NCBI GenBank assembly: GCA_025201805.1
Contig: MU619378.1
Location: forward strand, 19,635 to 83,634
Origin: Parasitella parasitica NRRL 2501
Lineage: Eukaryota > Fungi > Mucoromycota
Length of the DNA: 64,000 nucleotides
Direction of reading: 5' to 3'
In this document: positions 12,516 to 25,067 of the stretch, piece after piece
Position numbering within the stretch: position 1 is the stretch's first letter
Layout: each line of letters starts with the position of its first letter
The notes under the pieces: generated by a model
Told to the model about the DNA's origin: nothing
The model's input: the letters and a program-made list of their open reading frames with translations, nothing else
Database searches by the model: none
Program-made: the position numbers and the translations under genes

Positions 12516-13853
12516 AATCGCCGACTTGAGTCCTCAGCCTTATGCAGCAAATTGAGATTATGTTAAGAACAACATGCAATTGCGCATAGTATAAATAAGC
12601 TTGTTGAATGATTTACTTTGATTTCTCTTTATTTCTTATTTCATTTTTATCATCAATTCAACCCAAAAAAAATGCCAGGATGAAGAAGTAATTGATTAAA
12701 ATAATAATTGAATAGATTAAATAAACTCATAACACATATCGTTATTCAATAAGACGTAATCAAAACATTATAAATGGTCTAAGGGAAAGTAATGCATCAA
12801 GTACTCTTCTTCTGCCTTAATTACCACCCCAACACATAAGTGCAATGAACAGTGATTATGCTTATGCCAAGCGTCCGAAACTGCTGCCCAACAAACGGCT
12901 GAGAAGGTTAAAAACGAATAGAAAGTAAGAATTTCTTGAATGGTGTAAAAAGTTTTGTCCACCGGGTCCATTAAACGAAATCCCTGATGATAAAAAATAC
13001 GTTTTTTTTTTTTTACATAATCAGGTATGGTTTGAAATTATAATGCTTATGTCCTTTTTTTTTTCTAATAATCAATATACTGCTCCCGTCCTCAATACCA
13101 GTACATAATTGAATCAATAGTCCGTTGTTCGAGGTTCACCACTCCGCGATGTATCCCTCACTTACTAATATTTGAATAAAATCAAAAAATATTGAATAAA
13201 TCGAACCTTCTTGCATTTAAATTCTGTATTATATACTTGATTGCTATTATATCGCTGAGATATCATACCATCTTAGTTATTCGACATAATATGCACTTGA
13301 ACAACAGCGACACAGTCGAATTAGTCTCGGGATTGAACTGTTTACTGAAAAAAATTCCAAACAACCCAGATCTATTATAAAACAGCACCGCAGAGTATCA
13401 ACCTATGTCATTTTTGTAGGTGTATAGGATAATAGCAAGGGTATCTTCATCATCAGAAGTTGATCGTAAGTCAATTAGACCTAGGTTCCTGATGAACTGA
13501 TGGTTAATGGGATAAAATATTATTTGGGTTGGTTTTTTTCTTGTCAAAAAGTTGATCTCTTCATAAGCTTGCTTTTTTTTTTAGGACAAAATAAAAAAAA
13601 CAGTTTACGAAAGGTAGAAGAACTTTGGACCTTGACACGCTTTGAACCTTTTAGTCAACAATAGCCAATTTAATTTAGTAGTCAAGTTGTCGCGTTCCAT
13701 TCGTTTATTTACTTGTTTTATTATGTAATGTGATTTTTTTTGGTGAATTTATAATACATTTAGATTGTTTTATATGATATTGAAGAAATGAATTCTATTT
13801 CTTTTGAGAGTTGCTTCAAGTTGATTATGGTTAAACAAAATTAAAAAATAAAC

Positions 13854-15112
13854 TTATTTGGCTTCTTCATTTTTTGGTTCTGAAACAGGAACTTTCTCAG
13901 TGTTTTCAGCAGAAGCGTCGGTCTTGGCGGCCAAAGCAGCAGCTCTCTCAGCCTTCTTCTTCTCCTTCTTTTCCAATTTGGGGTTGAACTTCTTAACTGG
14001 TACAGGCTTAGGGTAAGCCAATTCAGTGAGCTTGACGAATTCGGGATCCTCAAATGCTTTACGAACGGGCTCTAATAGCTCGTTGATAGCAGCAATGACA
14101 CCAGCCTTCAGATCTCCAGGATGAACAACTTTATCAGCAAAATCCTTTTCCAGAGCCTCATAATTATCGTAAACCATGTTACCACCATATTGCTCAGGAC
14201 GGATGCAAGTAAAAGCAGCCTTGTTACCATTCAAGGTTTTGAGAGGGAAATATACAGACTTGACAAAGGATAAGATGCCATTTTCCTCGATATTACCTTC
14301 CTCACAAAAAGCCTTTTTGATCTTTTTCTCAACATCCTTGCGACTGTCTAAAAAGTCAATTTTGGAATCAGGGTCAGAGGCAGACATCTTGGAACCGGTC
14401 AAGCCAGGAACCATAGGGTTCATCAAGTGAGAGCGTTTCTTATAGCCCAATTGAGGCATGTACTTTTCAGCTAAAATGAAAATCTTGCGCTGATCGACAC
14501 CACCAAACTGGGCATCGACCTTCAAGTATTCTTCGTCAAGAGCCTGCATACCGGGATACAGCAAACCTGATAAAAGAGGAGAAGCAACCTGCTTGACAAC
14601 CTCAGCACCAGCACGCTTAGCATCGTGTTCAGTGACAAGAGCACATAAGCGGAAGTTGTCCATGGTGTATTCCTTTGATAACTCGTAGGATGAGCCAATG
14701 ACAAACTTGAGTTTCTCGATAGGAACACCGAGAGAGGTCAAGACAGTTTTGATCATCTGTTCATAGTATTTGACACGATGATTGACAAGCTCAAGTGGTG
14801 CTTTCATGTTGTCAAGAAAAGCGTGAAGGTCGGCCAAAAGAATAGTCATCTACAATATATAAAAAAAAAGCGTCAATTGTTGAGCGTTGATGTGGATGGT
14901 GATCCAAACTTTACCTCTACACCAGCAGACAGGAAATCGGCAATCTTGGTCATAGGTACAAAGTAACCAATGTGTGGTCTACCCGTAGGAGCGGTTCCCC
15001 AGTACATCTTGAGATCACGCTCAGCAAGAACCTTCTTCATTTCATCAGCACCAAGAACCTCTTGAAGATTACGAGTGATAAGATCGTACTTTTCGTCAGG
15101 AGTAAGAGACAT
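13854..15112 (-). CDS. TYS1: Cytosolic tyrosyl-tRNA synthetase (intron 14850-14914)
   Basis: [14 protein letters not shown] (HIGH), [31 protein letters not shown]. Confidence 0.97.
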
Positions 15113-15494
15113 GGTGTTCTGTGGATGTTGTAACAAAAGTAAAAAGAAAAGGTTGGTTGTATAGCAACGCTGAAAAATTATGAGTCATGGCCCACTGCAA
15201 CACAAGCCACTACACAAGCAACCTGTTCGGTGGATTTCCATACTTATTATTAAGCCTCCTCAAACGATCCCAAGCAAATTATGAGCTGCACACAATTGCA
15301 AAAAGTGATCGTAATTTTTGTAGTCTTACAAAGCTGACCCACACGACAAATCATTGCTCGCATTGTAACAAGGAAGGTTTCTTTGATTAGAGTCGTAATA
15401 CAGCAGAATGCTTAAAGTTGCGTATCCTTTTTGTTTTTCAATCACACTCCTGTTCACAAATGCATATAAGCCCTTTAATCCCTCAGACAATAAT

Positions 15495-15569
15495 GCCACT
15501 GCCACTGCCACTGCCACTGCTACTGCTACTGCTACTGCTACTGCTACTGCTACTGCTACTGCTACTGCT
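15495..15569. repeat. Compound hexamer microsatellite (GCCACT)4(GCTACT)8
   Basis: Directly visible; intergenic between the RPS28 3' end and the TYS1 promoter. Confidence 0.95.
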
Positions 15570-15694
15570 GACGCCAACTCAACGTTGAAAACTTTCTTGA
15601 TTTAGTATTAGAACTACCCACATAAAAGAAATAATTGGAGAGGGTGTGGTTTTAATGAATTTTGGATTACAACTTTTATTTCAAAGATGCTTGC

Positions 15695-16080
15695 TTAACG
15701 GAGACGACGAGCTTCACGTTCAGATTCCAAGAGACAGAGAATGTCGTTTTCACGAACAGGGCCCTTGACGTTACGGATGATGGAACGGTGAGTATCATCC
15801 ATGAATTCAACGCGGACTTGGGTCACACCACCACGAGAACCGGTACGGCCGAGAACCTTTGTAACCTTGGCGAGCTTGACAGGAGTCTTAGAAGAGTCCT
15901 ATAACGAAATGCGATTAAATGTTTAGTATTTGCGTAATTAGGGATAAAAAGAGCCATCATCGAGATTTGTTGAAATGAAGGTGCATCCATCCGCATCAGC
16001 AGGATTCAGCATTGATCCATCCATTCAACTTTTGTCTAGTATCGTCTTTTGATGTTGCATGGCTGGCACACACATACCAT
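15695..16080 (-). CDS. RPS28: 40S ribosomal protein S28 (eS28); exon 1 is the ATG alone, intron 15899-16077
   Basis: M|[67 protein letters not shown]; absent from the ORF track. Confidence 0.97.
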
Positions 16081-16441
16081 AATTATTGATTATAGAAAAG
16101 GAAGGATTTCTAATCGCTTCCTATTCTATTCAATGTGATGTCTGCCCCTCTTTCTTCTTGCTCCTCCCTCCTCGCTCCTCGCCGGGGCATACAAGTTTTT
16201 TGCTCAGCGACCGAAGTCTTTGGTTCCACCCTATCTAAACCCTCCTTCGCTACGTCACGATAATTGCTCAAAAACAATTTTTTCCTAGTGTACATACATG
16301 TTTCCCTACAACCCTTTTCTTCTTTCTGAATTTTCAATTACCCCGTAAATACAGAACTGAAAGTAACTTCTGTACCAAAAGAGAAAACACCCAAGGCATT
16401 AGACCAATTGACGCGTTTTTATCTCTCAGTTCAATACGCTT

Positions 16442-18488
16442 ATGAAATCCAACTCAACATCTATAGCGACCATGGACAACAATACCACGAATACCGAAGA
16501 AGGCGCTAGACAAAGCTCAAAACTATCGTTAGGCTCTTCGCCATCTGTGTTGAGCGCTGATGAGCAATTGGAAGGAGATGGTCCCCTGACTCCAATTGAT
16601 AAAATGCAAGACGATGTCGAAGACGATGATGATATGTCTGCACTGAATAGCATATTACAGGCTGGCTCTCCTGGTTCTTTATCTGACGAAGAAGAAGAAG
16701 ATGAAGAAGAAGATAGGGATTCTGAAGGGGATGACGAAGATGAAGGCGAAGGCGAAGGCGAAGGCGAAGGCGAAGGCGAAGACGATGAGGACGAGGATGA
16801 GGACGAAGACGAGGACGAGGAAGGTTCACAAACAGAGCAAGATTCTGCCTCCCCATTGTCATCTGTCCCTGATGACTTTCCCTTGTCAAGATCTGCATCT
16901 CCCGAATTGCCACTGGTAAATCACTTGCATCAGGAAGAAGAAGCTGATGGCGAAGATGAGGATGAAGATGAAGATGATACAGTCACAACTAATACCACCA
17001 CTACAAACGTGAGCACTAAAGAAGACGAAGACAATGATGATAATGATGACGATGACGATGAGGAGGAAGAGGAGGAGGAAGAGGTGGTAGTGGAAAGAGT
17101 CCCAAATAGAAAACTTTCAATAAGTGGCAACTTGAGCACAACCAAAAAGCGTCGAAAAGAGGATACCAAGAAGAAATTAGAAATCAAAGAGGAAAGTGAT
17201 TCTGAAAATGGCCCCAGTCCTCCCAAAAAAGCAAAGCAATCTGAAGCTTCTACGGCAAGAGAAAGCAGTAAAAATACCGATACATGCAGCAGTAGTGAAG
17301 ATACCGTTGTAAACCATAATACCAAAAAACGCCGTGCATCCCGATCCACTCTGGAGATGACCGAATCACCTCGAACTCGTCGAAGACAAAGCCGACAAGA
17401 TGAGTTGTTAGCAAAAAGTGAAGTGGGACAAGCTACAGAAGAGATACCCGTGACGCCAAAAAATGATGCGACCTCGACAGAAGCGGTGAATGTTGGTAAC
17501 AAATCCGAAAAAGAGGAGGAAGAAAATGCGGCTTCCGTTAAAACTACCTGTAACAAAATTGAAAAAAGCTGCGACAAGTTTGGTAATCAGAAAGATCAGA
17601 ATAAGGATGGTGTCGCAATGGAACCATCCGAAGATGTAGAGGTTGAAAACGGCGAGGATTCAGAAGAGCAAAGAGAAAACCATGGAGCACAAGGTATGAG
17701 TAACACGTAAAATAGCAGGGCAGTCATTAACGACAACTAGATAATGACGACCAAGATTATCAGCATAGACATCAAGAAGCGTTAGATGCATTGACTCATA
17801 TAGAAATCGAATTTGCCAGGCTAAGAGACAAGTAAGACGGACACTAGCTCAAGATGGAATCACAAAATTAACATGGTTCTGTAGAATGTATCAAGAAAAA
17901 ATGACAGAATTACATGATGAGGCCCGAATGATAGCCAATGGAACGCACCCCGAATTGGTTACGTTGTTAGCAGAGATTGAAGAAAAGAAAGGCAAAAGGA
18001 TACATAGCGCTGAAGCTTGGCGAAAATATCAACATGACAATTTCAAGCAGCAATTTGAGGGGCTGGAGTATCAAGCCAATATACATTTCATAGTAAGTTG
18101 TATTCCGCATGTCAATGAAGAAAAAAAAAAAAAAGCCCTGACACAGGATGGATTTAGTCACAAAAGAATGCATTGCGACGTGAGTTATTAGCAAGGATCA
18201 ATAATAGAAAATGGAGTATGGAAGATGAACGAACAAAATTAAATGATCCTGCCAGAGGTATAGTTACACATATTGCAACAAGATGTGAAATTGACATTTG
18301 ACATAGGTGAACGCGAATATCCGGATGGCCGGGAATTGGTTGTGCACAAACGAGAACAGAAGGAGGAGACAGGTGAATTGCAAGACATCAAAGAAGCAGT
18401 TGGATTCCCTATGGCGCCTAATCCATCCGGGCTTAGTGTACAGGACGTTGATGATGATTTGAAGTTATTGGGTATCAAACAATCGTAA
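16442..18488 (+). CDS. Sds3-like (Dep1/BRMS1 family) Sin3/Rpd3L subunit with long acidic N-terminus
   Basis: Spliced HQEALDALTHIEIEFARLRDK|MYQEKMTELHDEARMIANGTHPEL; C-terminal GFPMAP..GLS..DVDDDL. Confidence 0.82.
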
Positions 18489-18842
18489 TAAGTTCTTTTT
18501 TTAATTTTATTTTATATATATTTCATTATTATACCCTTTTTTGTATTATACAATCAACATTCATCACCTCACAAACACTTGGTCTATATTGTACATTTAT
18601 TGTTCATTCCATCTCCTCCTCAAGAAAACAAGGTACAAACTTCTTTTGTTTCTTGAACACACGTGCAAGCTCGCCTTTAAGCTACTAATAATAAAATTCA
18701 TTATTTTTCATATGAATATAAAAACTTGCTTTGTTTTGTCAAGTCCTTTTTCCCTTTTTTTTTTTTTTGTTTTCTTTATTCTCTATTTCACATAGACTTG
18801 ATTGATTTTTGGAAGAAAAGACTGCATCAATCCATAGATTAC

Positions 18843-19707
18843 ATGACAACGAATTTACGTAAATTGTCTTTGCCAAGGAGTCTATTATCAACGCTTGATG
18901 ACGATACATTCTCAAAAGATCTTTTACGTCAGTTTGATAAAAAGAGATCAGTATTGCATTTCGAATTAGGCTTTGTATCCCAAGTAGGTATTTTTGTCGT
19001 AAATCCAGGGGCGGGAGGGGGGGAGAGAGAAAACCAACTCTATAAGCGTGGAGAAACCCCAATTAAGGTAAATTGACACCTCTACCTAGGAACCATCACC
19101 GGAATCATCAATTGTCGCCACATCGCCAGCTGTTGATTACCAATATGAAGAGCCAATCCAACTAGACCAGCAAGACGAGGATGAGATAATAATACAAACG
19201 CAAGTAGCGCCATCTGATTCCTTTAGACAGAGATCGACAGCGAGTAAAAGATCTTCATCGGCAAGCGATCTGTTTCGCAGATCCTCTGCCTACTTGAGAT
19301 CCAAGCTCGATTTTATAAGAAAGAACAAGTCGCATGATGATTATTATTTCAAGAACCATACTAGAACACCTATAGATGTTGCAGAGAAGCCAACAAAATT
19401 ATTTATGAAAACAACCATATCAATCCCATCCATCACAGCCATTAAGCCTAATTCCACTTTAACATCCAATCCGCCTACCATAATGCAATACCCTCCCAAG
19501 CCTTTAGTATATTCCCCTATTGAACCTATTCCTTACATGAATCATGAATCGAAACCATTACTCCATCGTATCTCCATGCCATTGATGCGCGTCTACAATC
19601 AAGAAAATCGCCCCCTTGCACGAAACAAGTCGTTTGCTTCACTTGTAACTCGCAGGCGTAAGTCAGAGCTTGAACAGCAACCCAAGAGAAAATTAAAGAA
19701 ACAATAA
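18843..19707 (+). CDS. Hypothetical protein (2 exons, intron about 18984-19089)
   Basis: GT-AG intron joins MTTNLRKLSLP... in frame to the 19090-19707 ORF; no recognised domain. Confidence 0.7.
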
Positions 19708-19774
19708 AAATCTATGTATATGTCTATCTTTTTTTTCATTTTTTTTTTTTTTTTTCATTCAAATTTATTGTATC

Positions 19775-19937
19775 AAAACCCTCTTGCGAAGGTTTCCAAA
19801 AATTGACTAGAGGATCAATAAGAAAATCCTCTAGACATGAATAAATTACATTGTAATTGTATTGGGTTCGGCATTTATCCATCGGTAGGGACCTCATTTG
19901 GATAAGCATCTCCCCTTTGAAAAGGACAAGGAGCACT
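19775..19937 (-). ncRNA. Spliceosomal snRNA, most likely U4atac (minor spliceosome); ends approximate
   Basis: Minus strand, in order: UUGUCCUUUUCAAAGGGGAG (complementary to U6atac stem II); kink-turn UUAUCCA-AAU-GA-GGU-CCCU-ACC-GA-UGGAUAA; UGCCGAACC; CAAUAC; hairpin CUAGAGGAU/AUCCUCUAG; Sm site AAUUUUUGG; terminal hairpin AAACCUUCGCAAGAGGGUUU. Confidence 0.85.
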
Positions 19938-20115
19938 TTATGAAAAAAATTTGCGTTTTTAATGGTTATTGAACCGAGACTGCTTTCAAACCAACAGATC
20001 CTACTATAATGGCTGCATCCGCAACTCAAATGGTTACCGAAAGGACACCTCTCCTTCAATTCAAAGATATAGATCACGCAGGTGAATAGATTGCGGTGCC
20101 GCACATATCTAGTCG

Positions 20116-20275
20116 NNNNNNNNNNNNNNNNNNNNNNNNNNNNNNNNNNNNNNNNNNNNNNNNNNNNNNNNNNNNNNNNNNNNNNNNNNNNNNNNNNNNN
20201 NNNNNNNNNNNNNNNNNNNNNNNNNNNNNNNNNNNNNNNNNNNNNNNNNNNNNNNNNNNNNNNNNNNNNNNNNNN
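20116..20275. other. Assembly gap (N run)
   Basis: 160 Ns. Confidence 1.
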
Positions 20276-20606
20276 AAAAAAAAAAAAAAAGTAGGTTTAA
20301 CGCATATGGCTGCTGGTTTGCTGGGCGTTCCATAACATTCAAGAAAGTTGTATTATTAAGAGGATATTTCTTACAGTTTGTCATATGAATGAGAATAGAC
20401 TATATTGATAAAACAAACAGCGAAACTTTACTTGACAGTAGACCTATAGATATAAAACTCCAATGGTTATATATGTGATTTTTCCTAGAATGTTATTTCG
20501 ATATTCTTAAGGATATGTCCTGTTCTCGACTTCGTTGTACAAACGCATCATCGTACCATGGTAGATAATGGCGGCTTTGAAAGCAAATGATCAATTTCCT
20601 TATACT

Positions 20607-20657
20607 GATGGGATGGCTTCAAATGTATGATGGGATGGCTTCAAATGTATGATGGGA
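20607..20657. repeat. 22-bp tandem duplication
   Basis: GATGGGATGGCTTCAAATGTAT x2 plus a partial third copy. Confidence 0.9.
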
Positions 20658-21207
20658 ATCTAGTCTAGTCCGCTTTAGTTCCAAACAATCTTGTTTAAAG
20701 AAGACGGGAGACATGACAATCAGCGACGAGATGTTGCTCCAGAAAGAATGATATTACTCAACTCATTTTCTGCTTCAGATACTTGGCTTCCTTTTCTTGC
20801 ACCTCTTTGCAAAATTCTACCTACCTTTATTACTTGATACAGACCAGTGATTATACAGTTCAAGGTAACTCTTTAAATTTTCAAGACTAAAGTTACAGGC
20901 CTCTGTCGTCTTTGTCGCCACATTCAGCAAAACAAGTAGTATCCGCAGAATATTACAGTTGATGCTTTTCGCGTTTTGTTATGATATTTTGTGAGCTACA
21001 AGCACATCCAGGATACATGAGTTCAGAGTTTTATATAATATATACAAGATCAATTACTACATGATGATGCAGTTTTTTTTTTTTTTTTTTACTTGGAAGA
21101 TAAAATTGAGATGATAACGTCCTAGTTATAATAATCGTGCTCCCACATCATTTTGTAAGATCATGGTAATATTTTTTGATTTTATATGGACTTCTGCGAT
21201 TTTGAAC

Positions 21208-22253
21208 TTAAACATTAAGCCATGGATGATTCAGGATCTGCTTAATAGATAGCCTCTTTTGAGGGTTGTTTTTCAACATTCCGTTCAGCAGATCCAAGCA
21301 ACTATCGGAACAGTTCGGTTCTTTTGTTGGCCGTCTCCAATTACCGGAAATAACCTGCGTAGAGTTTGCAAATGGCACTTGGCCATAGAGTAATGTAAAC
21401 AGTAGGATACCCAACGACCAAACCTCGGCAGGCTCAGGTTTATAGACTAGACCCAACAGTATTTCAGGGGATGCAAAGGAAACGGTTCCATAAAACTTGT
21501 TCATTGTGTATTGTTCACGATCAGGAAAATCAGGAGGTATTTGAATTGCCGAGCCAAAATCCACCAATTTCATCTGTCATATTTACATGTAAGGGATTTG
21601 TAACATGTTGTCCTACTGAAAAAACATACCTGAAAGTTTGAATCAACAACGATATTTTCATCCTTGATATCTCGATGGTATATACCTAGATCACTGAGAT
21701 CACTCATGCACTGCACAAGTTGCTTAATGATCTTTTGAGTGTGCGACTCGCTTATTTTCTTATGGCTTTCAATGCATTCAAACAAATCACTTGAACTCCT
21801 TCTTCGCATTGGGCAGCCTTCAAATAGGGACGGTGGTGTTGTAGGCGCTGCATCACTTTCGCAGCTGCTGCCCTCACTATGGGCATCGCCTGATTTTTGT
21901 TGAGGAGAGGACCATTCACAACCATATAGCTCCATGATCAAATAATGATACACATCATCTTCAAAACTGTCGATATATTCAATGACAGTGGGATGATTGA
22001 TTTGCTTGAGAATAGTTATCTCATTTGGCGTACTTGTATTGCTTTGACAAGGTAGCTTGTGCTTGTAAATAAATTTGACGGCCACATTCTCCCTTGTTTC
22101 ACGATTCACAGCAGACATTACAAAGCCATATCCACCACTGCCAATTTGATCCTCCAGTTCATATAGAGCAGAAAATTGTTCATTCAGGCGATATCCATTC
22201 ATTACCGGTTGGAATGAACATGATTTATCTCCAGCATTCTGATTCATTGTCAT
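21208..22253 (-). CDS. Ser/Thr protein kinase, PASK/PIM-like (1 intron)
   Basis: IGSGGYG, VAVKFI, YHRDIKDENI, DFG, GTVSFASPEIL, VWSLGILL. Confidence 0.92.
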
Positions 22254-22890
22254 AGACGTAATAGACCTCTTGATTCTGATTTCACAAATGAGAAGAAACG
22301 TATAAAAACGGAAGAATTAGTATCCAAAATTATTTATTGCAATAACTTTTTTTTTTTTTTTTCAAAGTTACATTTTACATGATATAATTTTGCCGACGAT
22401 AAAGGCAACATAAGAATGAAAAAACGCCACTATTCACATGTACCGTATGTATTTATGTATGGTGAAATGGGGTTTTGAACCCTTTTTTCATTTTAAGCTT
22501 TTTAATACATATAGCAAGGAATCATTGGGCAAGATTCATCTGCCTAGATTATTAGACAGCTGTGCTGAACTAATCTACAACATGCATTCTTTCAATACAT
22601 GGCCATTACACTTTAATGATAGGCAAGGGGTTTCAGATACAATTGTTTTGAAATTCTCTGTTTGCGATGGCAACTGTTGGTGAAACGAGCTTAAAGCAAA
22701 ACGTGTTATGCAGCGTCTTGGTTTCGGGTTTTCGGTCAAGATAATGCCATTATTATATATATTATAGTTGCAATATAAATTTATACGGGTTCAATGTACA
22801 TAAACAATTAGTAACAGATGTAGAAAAAAGTGGTTTTCATGCTATTTTATAGGATATTACCAAGAGGCCTTCTATTGAGCTCAAGATCAC

Positions 22891-22895
<5 letters not shown>

Positions 22896-22988
<93 letters not shown>

Positions 22989-22991
22989 TTT
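22896..22991. repeat. Poly(T) tract of about 96 nt with two A interruptions
   Basis: Directly visible. Confidence 0.95.
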
Positions 22992-23461
22992 GGTTGCTCG
23001 TTAAAATGATTGTTTAACAACTGATGTATATCTTTTAACTGTCAGTTTTCCAGTTTGATCCTTTTTTTATACTTAAGAAAATCATTAGATCGTTCCATGA
23101 ACTGTGTATTTCGAACGACATGTTTATACCCGTGCTTAAAGGTCAAAAGAACGATTTATAGCCTTCCGAATGCAATGGCCAAAACAATCTGGTGAATAAT
23201 GCATAGAAAATCGGTTTCTTTATCTACATTATAATCGCAGTTTGCAAGAGAAGATACAAATGGCTTAAATTGGTCTTTTCGAACAAAGCATATCCCTGTC
23301 GATTCAGCCATGCACGAAAATGCCTGATAAAAAGGGTTTGGTTTCACTAATCTTTTTTACTTTGCATGAAACATGAACAATTACCAGATCAAGCAAACCC
23401 ACCCAAAGAGTGAAAAAAAAAGTGATCACCTTTCTTTTAGAAGACATAACAATATTTTCAA

Positions 23462-25056
23462 ATGAAAAGAAAGAATTGGTGTTGTAATGTGTTGACTTGG
23501 CGAGCTTTTGCGTGTTTTATTATAACGCTATTAATCGTAAAGTACATGGCTGTTTCCTAATAAGTATCAAAAATTAAAGTAATATTATGTAGGCAATGGC
23601 CCCAATAGTAATCGCAGTTGATCTGACATTTCTTACCGGTTTGTATAATAAAGAGTTGCACAAGTCTTCAACTTGACGTCTAAATTATGCTAGATTTTAT
23701 AAACAGTATGCGAATGGGAGATTTTTATGTCTATTTGACATTTATTGGTATTGTCAGTGTCTGGAGTATTTATGGGCTTATTTGCGCATTGATGGTCTGT
23801 TGTATCAAATTTTTTATCTACCAACGTAGTATATTGAATATGATTTTTGCAATAGGGTTCATTGGGAGGAGTAACCGTATACATGATAGGCCTTGTTGTT
23901 GGGGTTGTCGCGACCATTATAGTTGGATTCATCCATATCATGTTGTTATTCATTAATTACAGACCATTACTGATGAATTCATGCCTTCAACGAGACCCCT
24001 CGAGGCTATTTTGGTGGTCTTTAGGGTTTGATGATACGACAGAAATGAAGGAAATCTATGCTAATTGTCAAAACCAATGGGTTACATTCACAGTTGAAAG
24101 GATTGTCTCTTATGTGCTCTATAGTATTTTTTCAGTAAGTCATCCATCTGACAACTAATATCCAGATAGTTACAACCGACATTTCTATGTAGAGCATATG
24201 CGCTTTTGTTATTGTTCGTTATCAGCGAGGATTAATTGTCCAAAACAAAAAGGCAAAGGGTCTAATCATCAGTAACCAAACAGATGGCTGGTCTGACGAT
24301 GAAGACGACATCAATGAAAAGGAAAAGTTACGAGGTCAATCGATAACTTACCATGAGGTATCCTTTCCTTCATCTCCTAACGAAAGGTCCAAGACGACCA
24401 GCACTACCGCATCAGCTACTTTAGAAACTGCAGCAAAGATATCTGGCACTGAACCAGCTAGTGTATTATCCGCTGATATGTATCAGCAGAGGCAACGCTT
24501 ATTTGACGAAATCGCCAAGCGCAAGAAAGCAAGAAAGAGTTTGAATCGTAAATCTATTGCCAGCAACCCTAACCGTGATTCGATTCTAGCTGTGCATCCG
24601 TTGGATCTATCTCAAGATCCAGACTCATATACGCCACCGCCCATGCCCCCAAAAGAAACAGGGAAAGAAGACACATCTTGGAACAGATATAATGAAGATG
24701 AAAATAAAATTCGAGAGGATGAGGAAGCTATTGAACGCCAAAAACGGCTGGACGCACTTTCAGCAGAGCGTATGGAATATGAGCTGTATCGGTCTGATGA
24801 AGTTTCCTCTACTGCATCGAGCGTTATTGTCAGATCAAACGAGGATGATGAGGATGATGACCAATCAACGCTTGTCAAAAAATCTCATAGAAAACGACCC
24901 AAGTCTGGCAGATGGTCCCAAGTGTATGCAGGTAGTAATGACAGCAAACCTCTCGCTACCTTGAATCAATCAAACGAAGAAGACGAAGAAAATGAGGAGG
25001 ATCATGAAAATCAACAGCTCATGGATCCTGAAAGTCAAGAACTGTTGAATAAATAA
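23462..25056 (+). CDS. Hypothetical membrane protein (about 4 TM segments, charged cytosolic tail), multi-exon
   Basis: Hydrophobic exons 23462-24134 linked by GT-AG introns to an open final exon 24193-25056. Confidence 0.75.
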
Positions 25057-25067
25057 AAGCCGTTGTA

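Noticed and set aside
12768-13160. Exon-like minus-strand fragment next to the Helitron
   Set aside because: Contains a stop codon and no family is recognised; it may be a pseudogene but cannot be supported.
15326-15605. AVAVAV and ATATAT ORFs
   Set aside because: Translations of the hexamer microsatellite.
15662-15904. 80-aa plus-strand ORF
   Set aside because: Antisense shadow of RPS28.
20045-20062. AAGGAGAG on the minus strand, like the U6atac box
   Set aside because: Not followed by the AAGGUUAGCA or internal stem-loop sequence.
19736-20104. 122-aa minus-strand ORF followed by poly(A), initially suggestive of a LINE 3' end
   Set aside because: No recognisable motifs; the sequence is better explained by the snRNA.
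24358-24386. GTATCCTTT...TCCTAAC..AG, resembling a U12-type intron
   Set aside because: Only about 29 nt long and inside a continuous open exon; removing it would shift the frame. No U12-type intron was found in this window.
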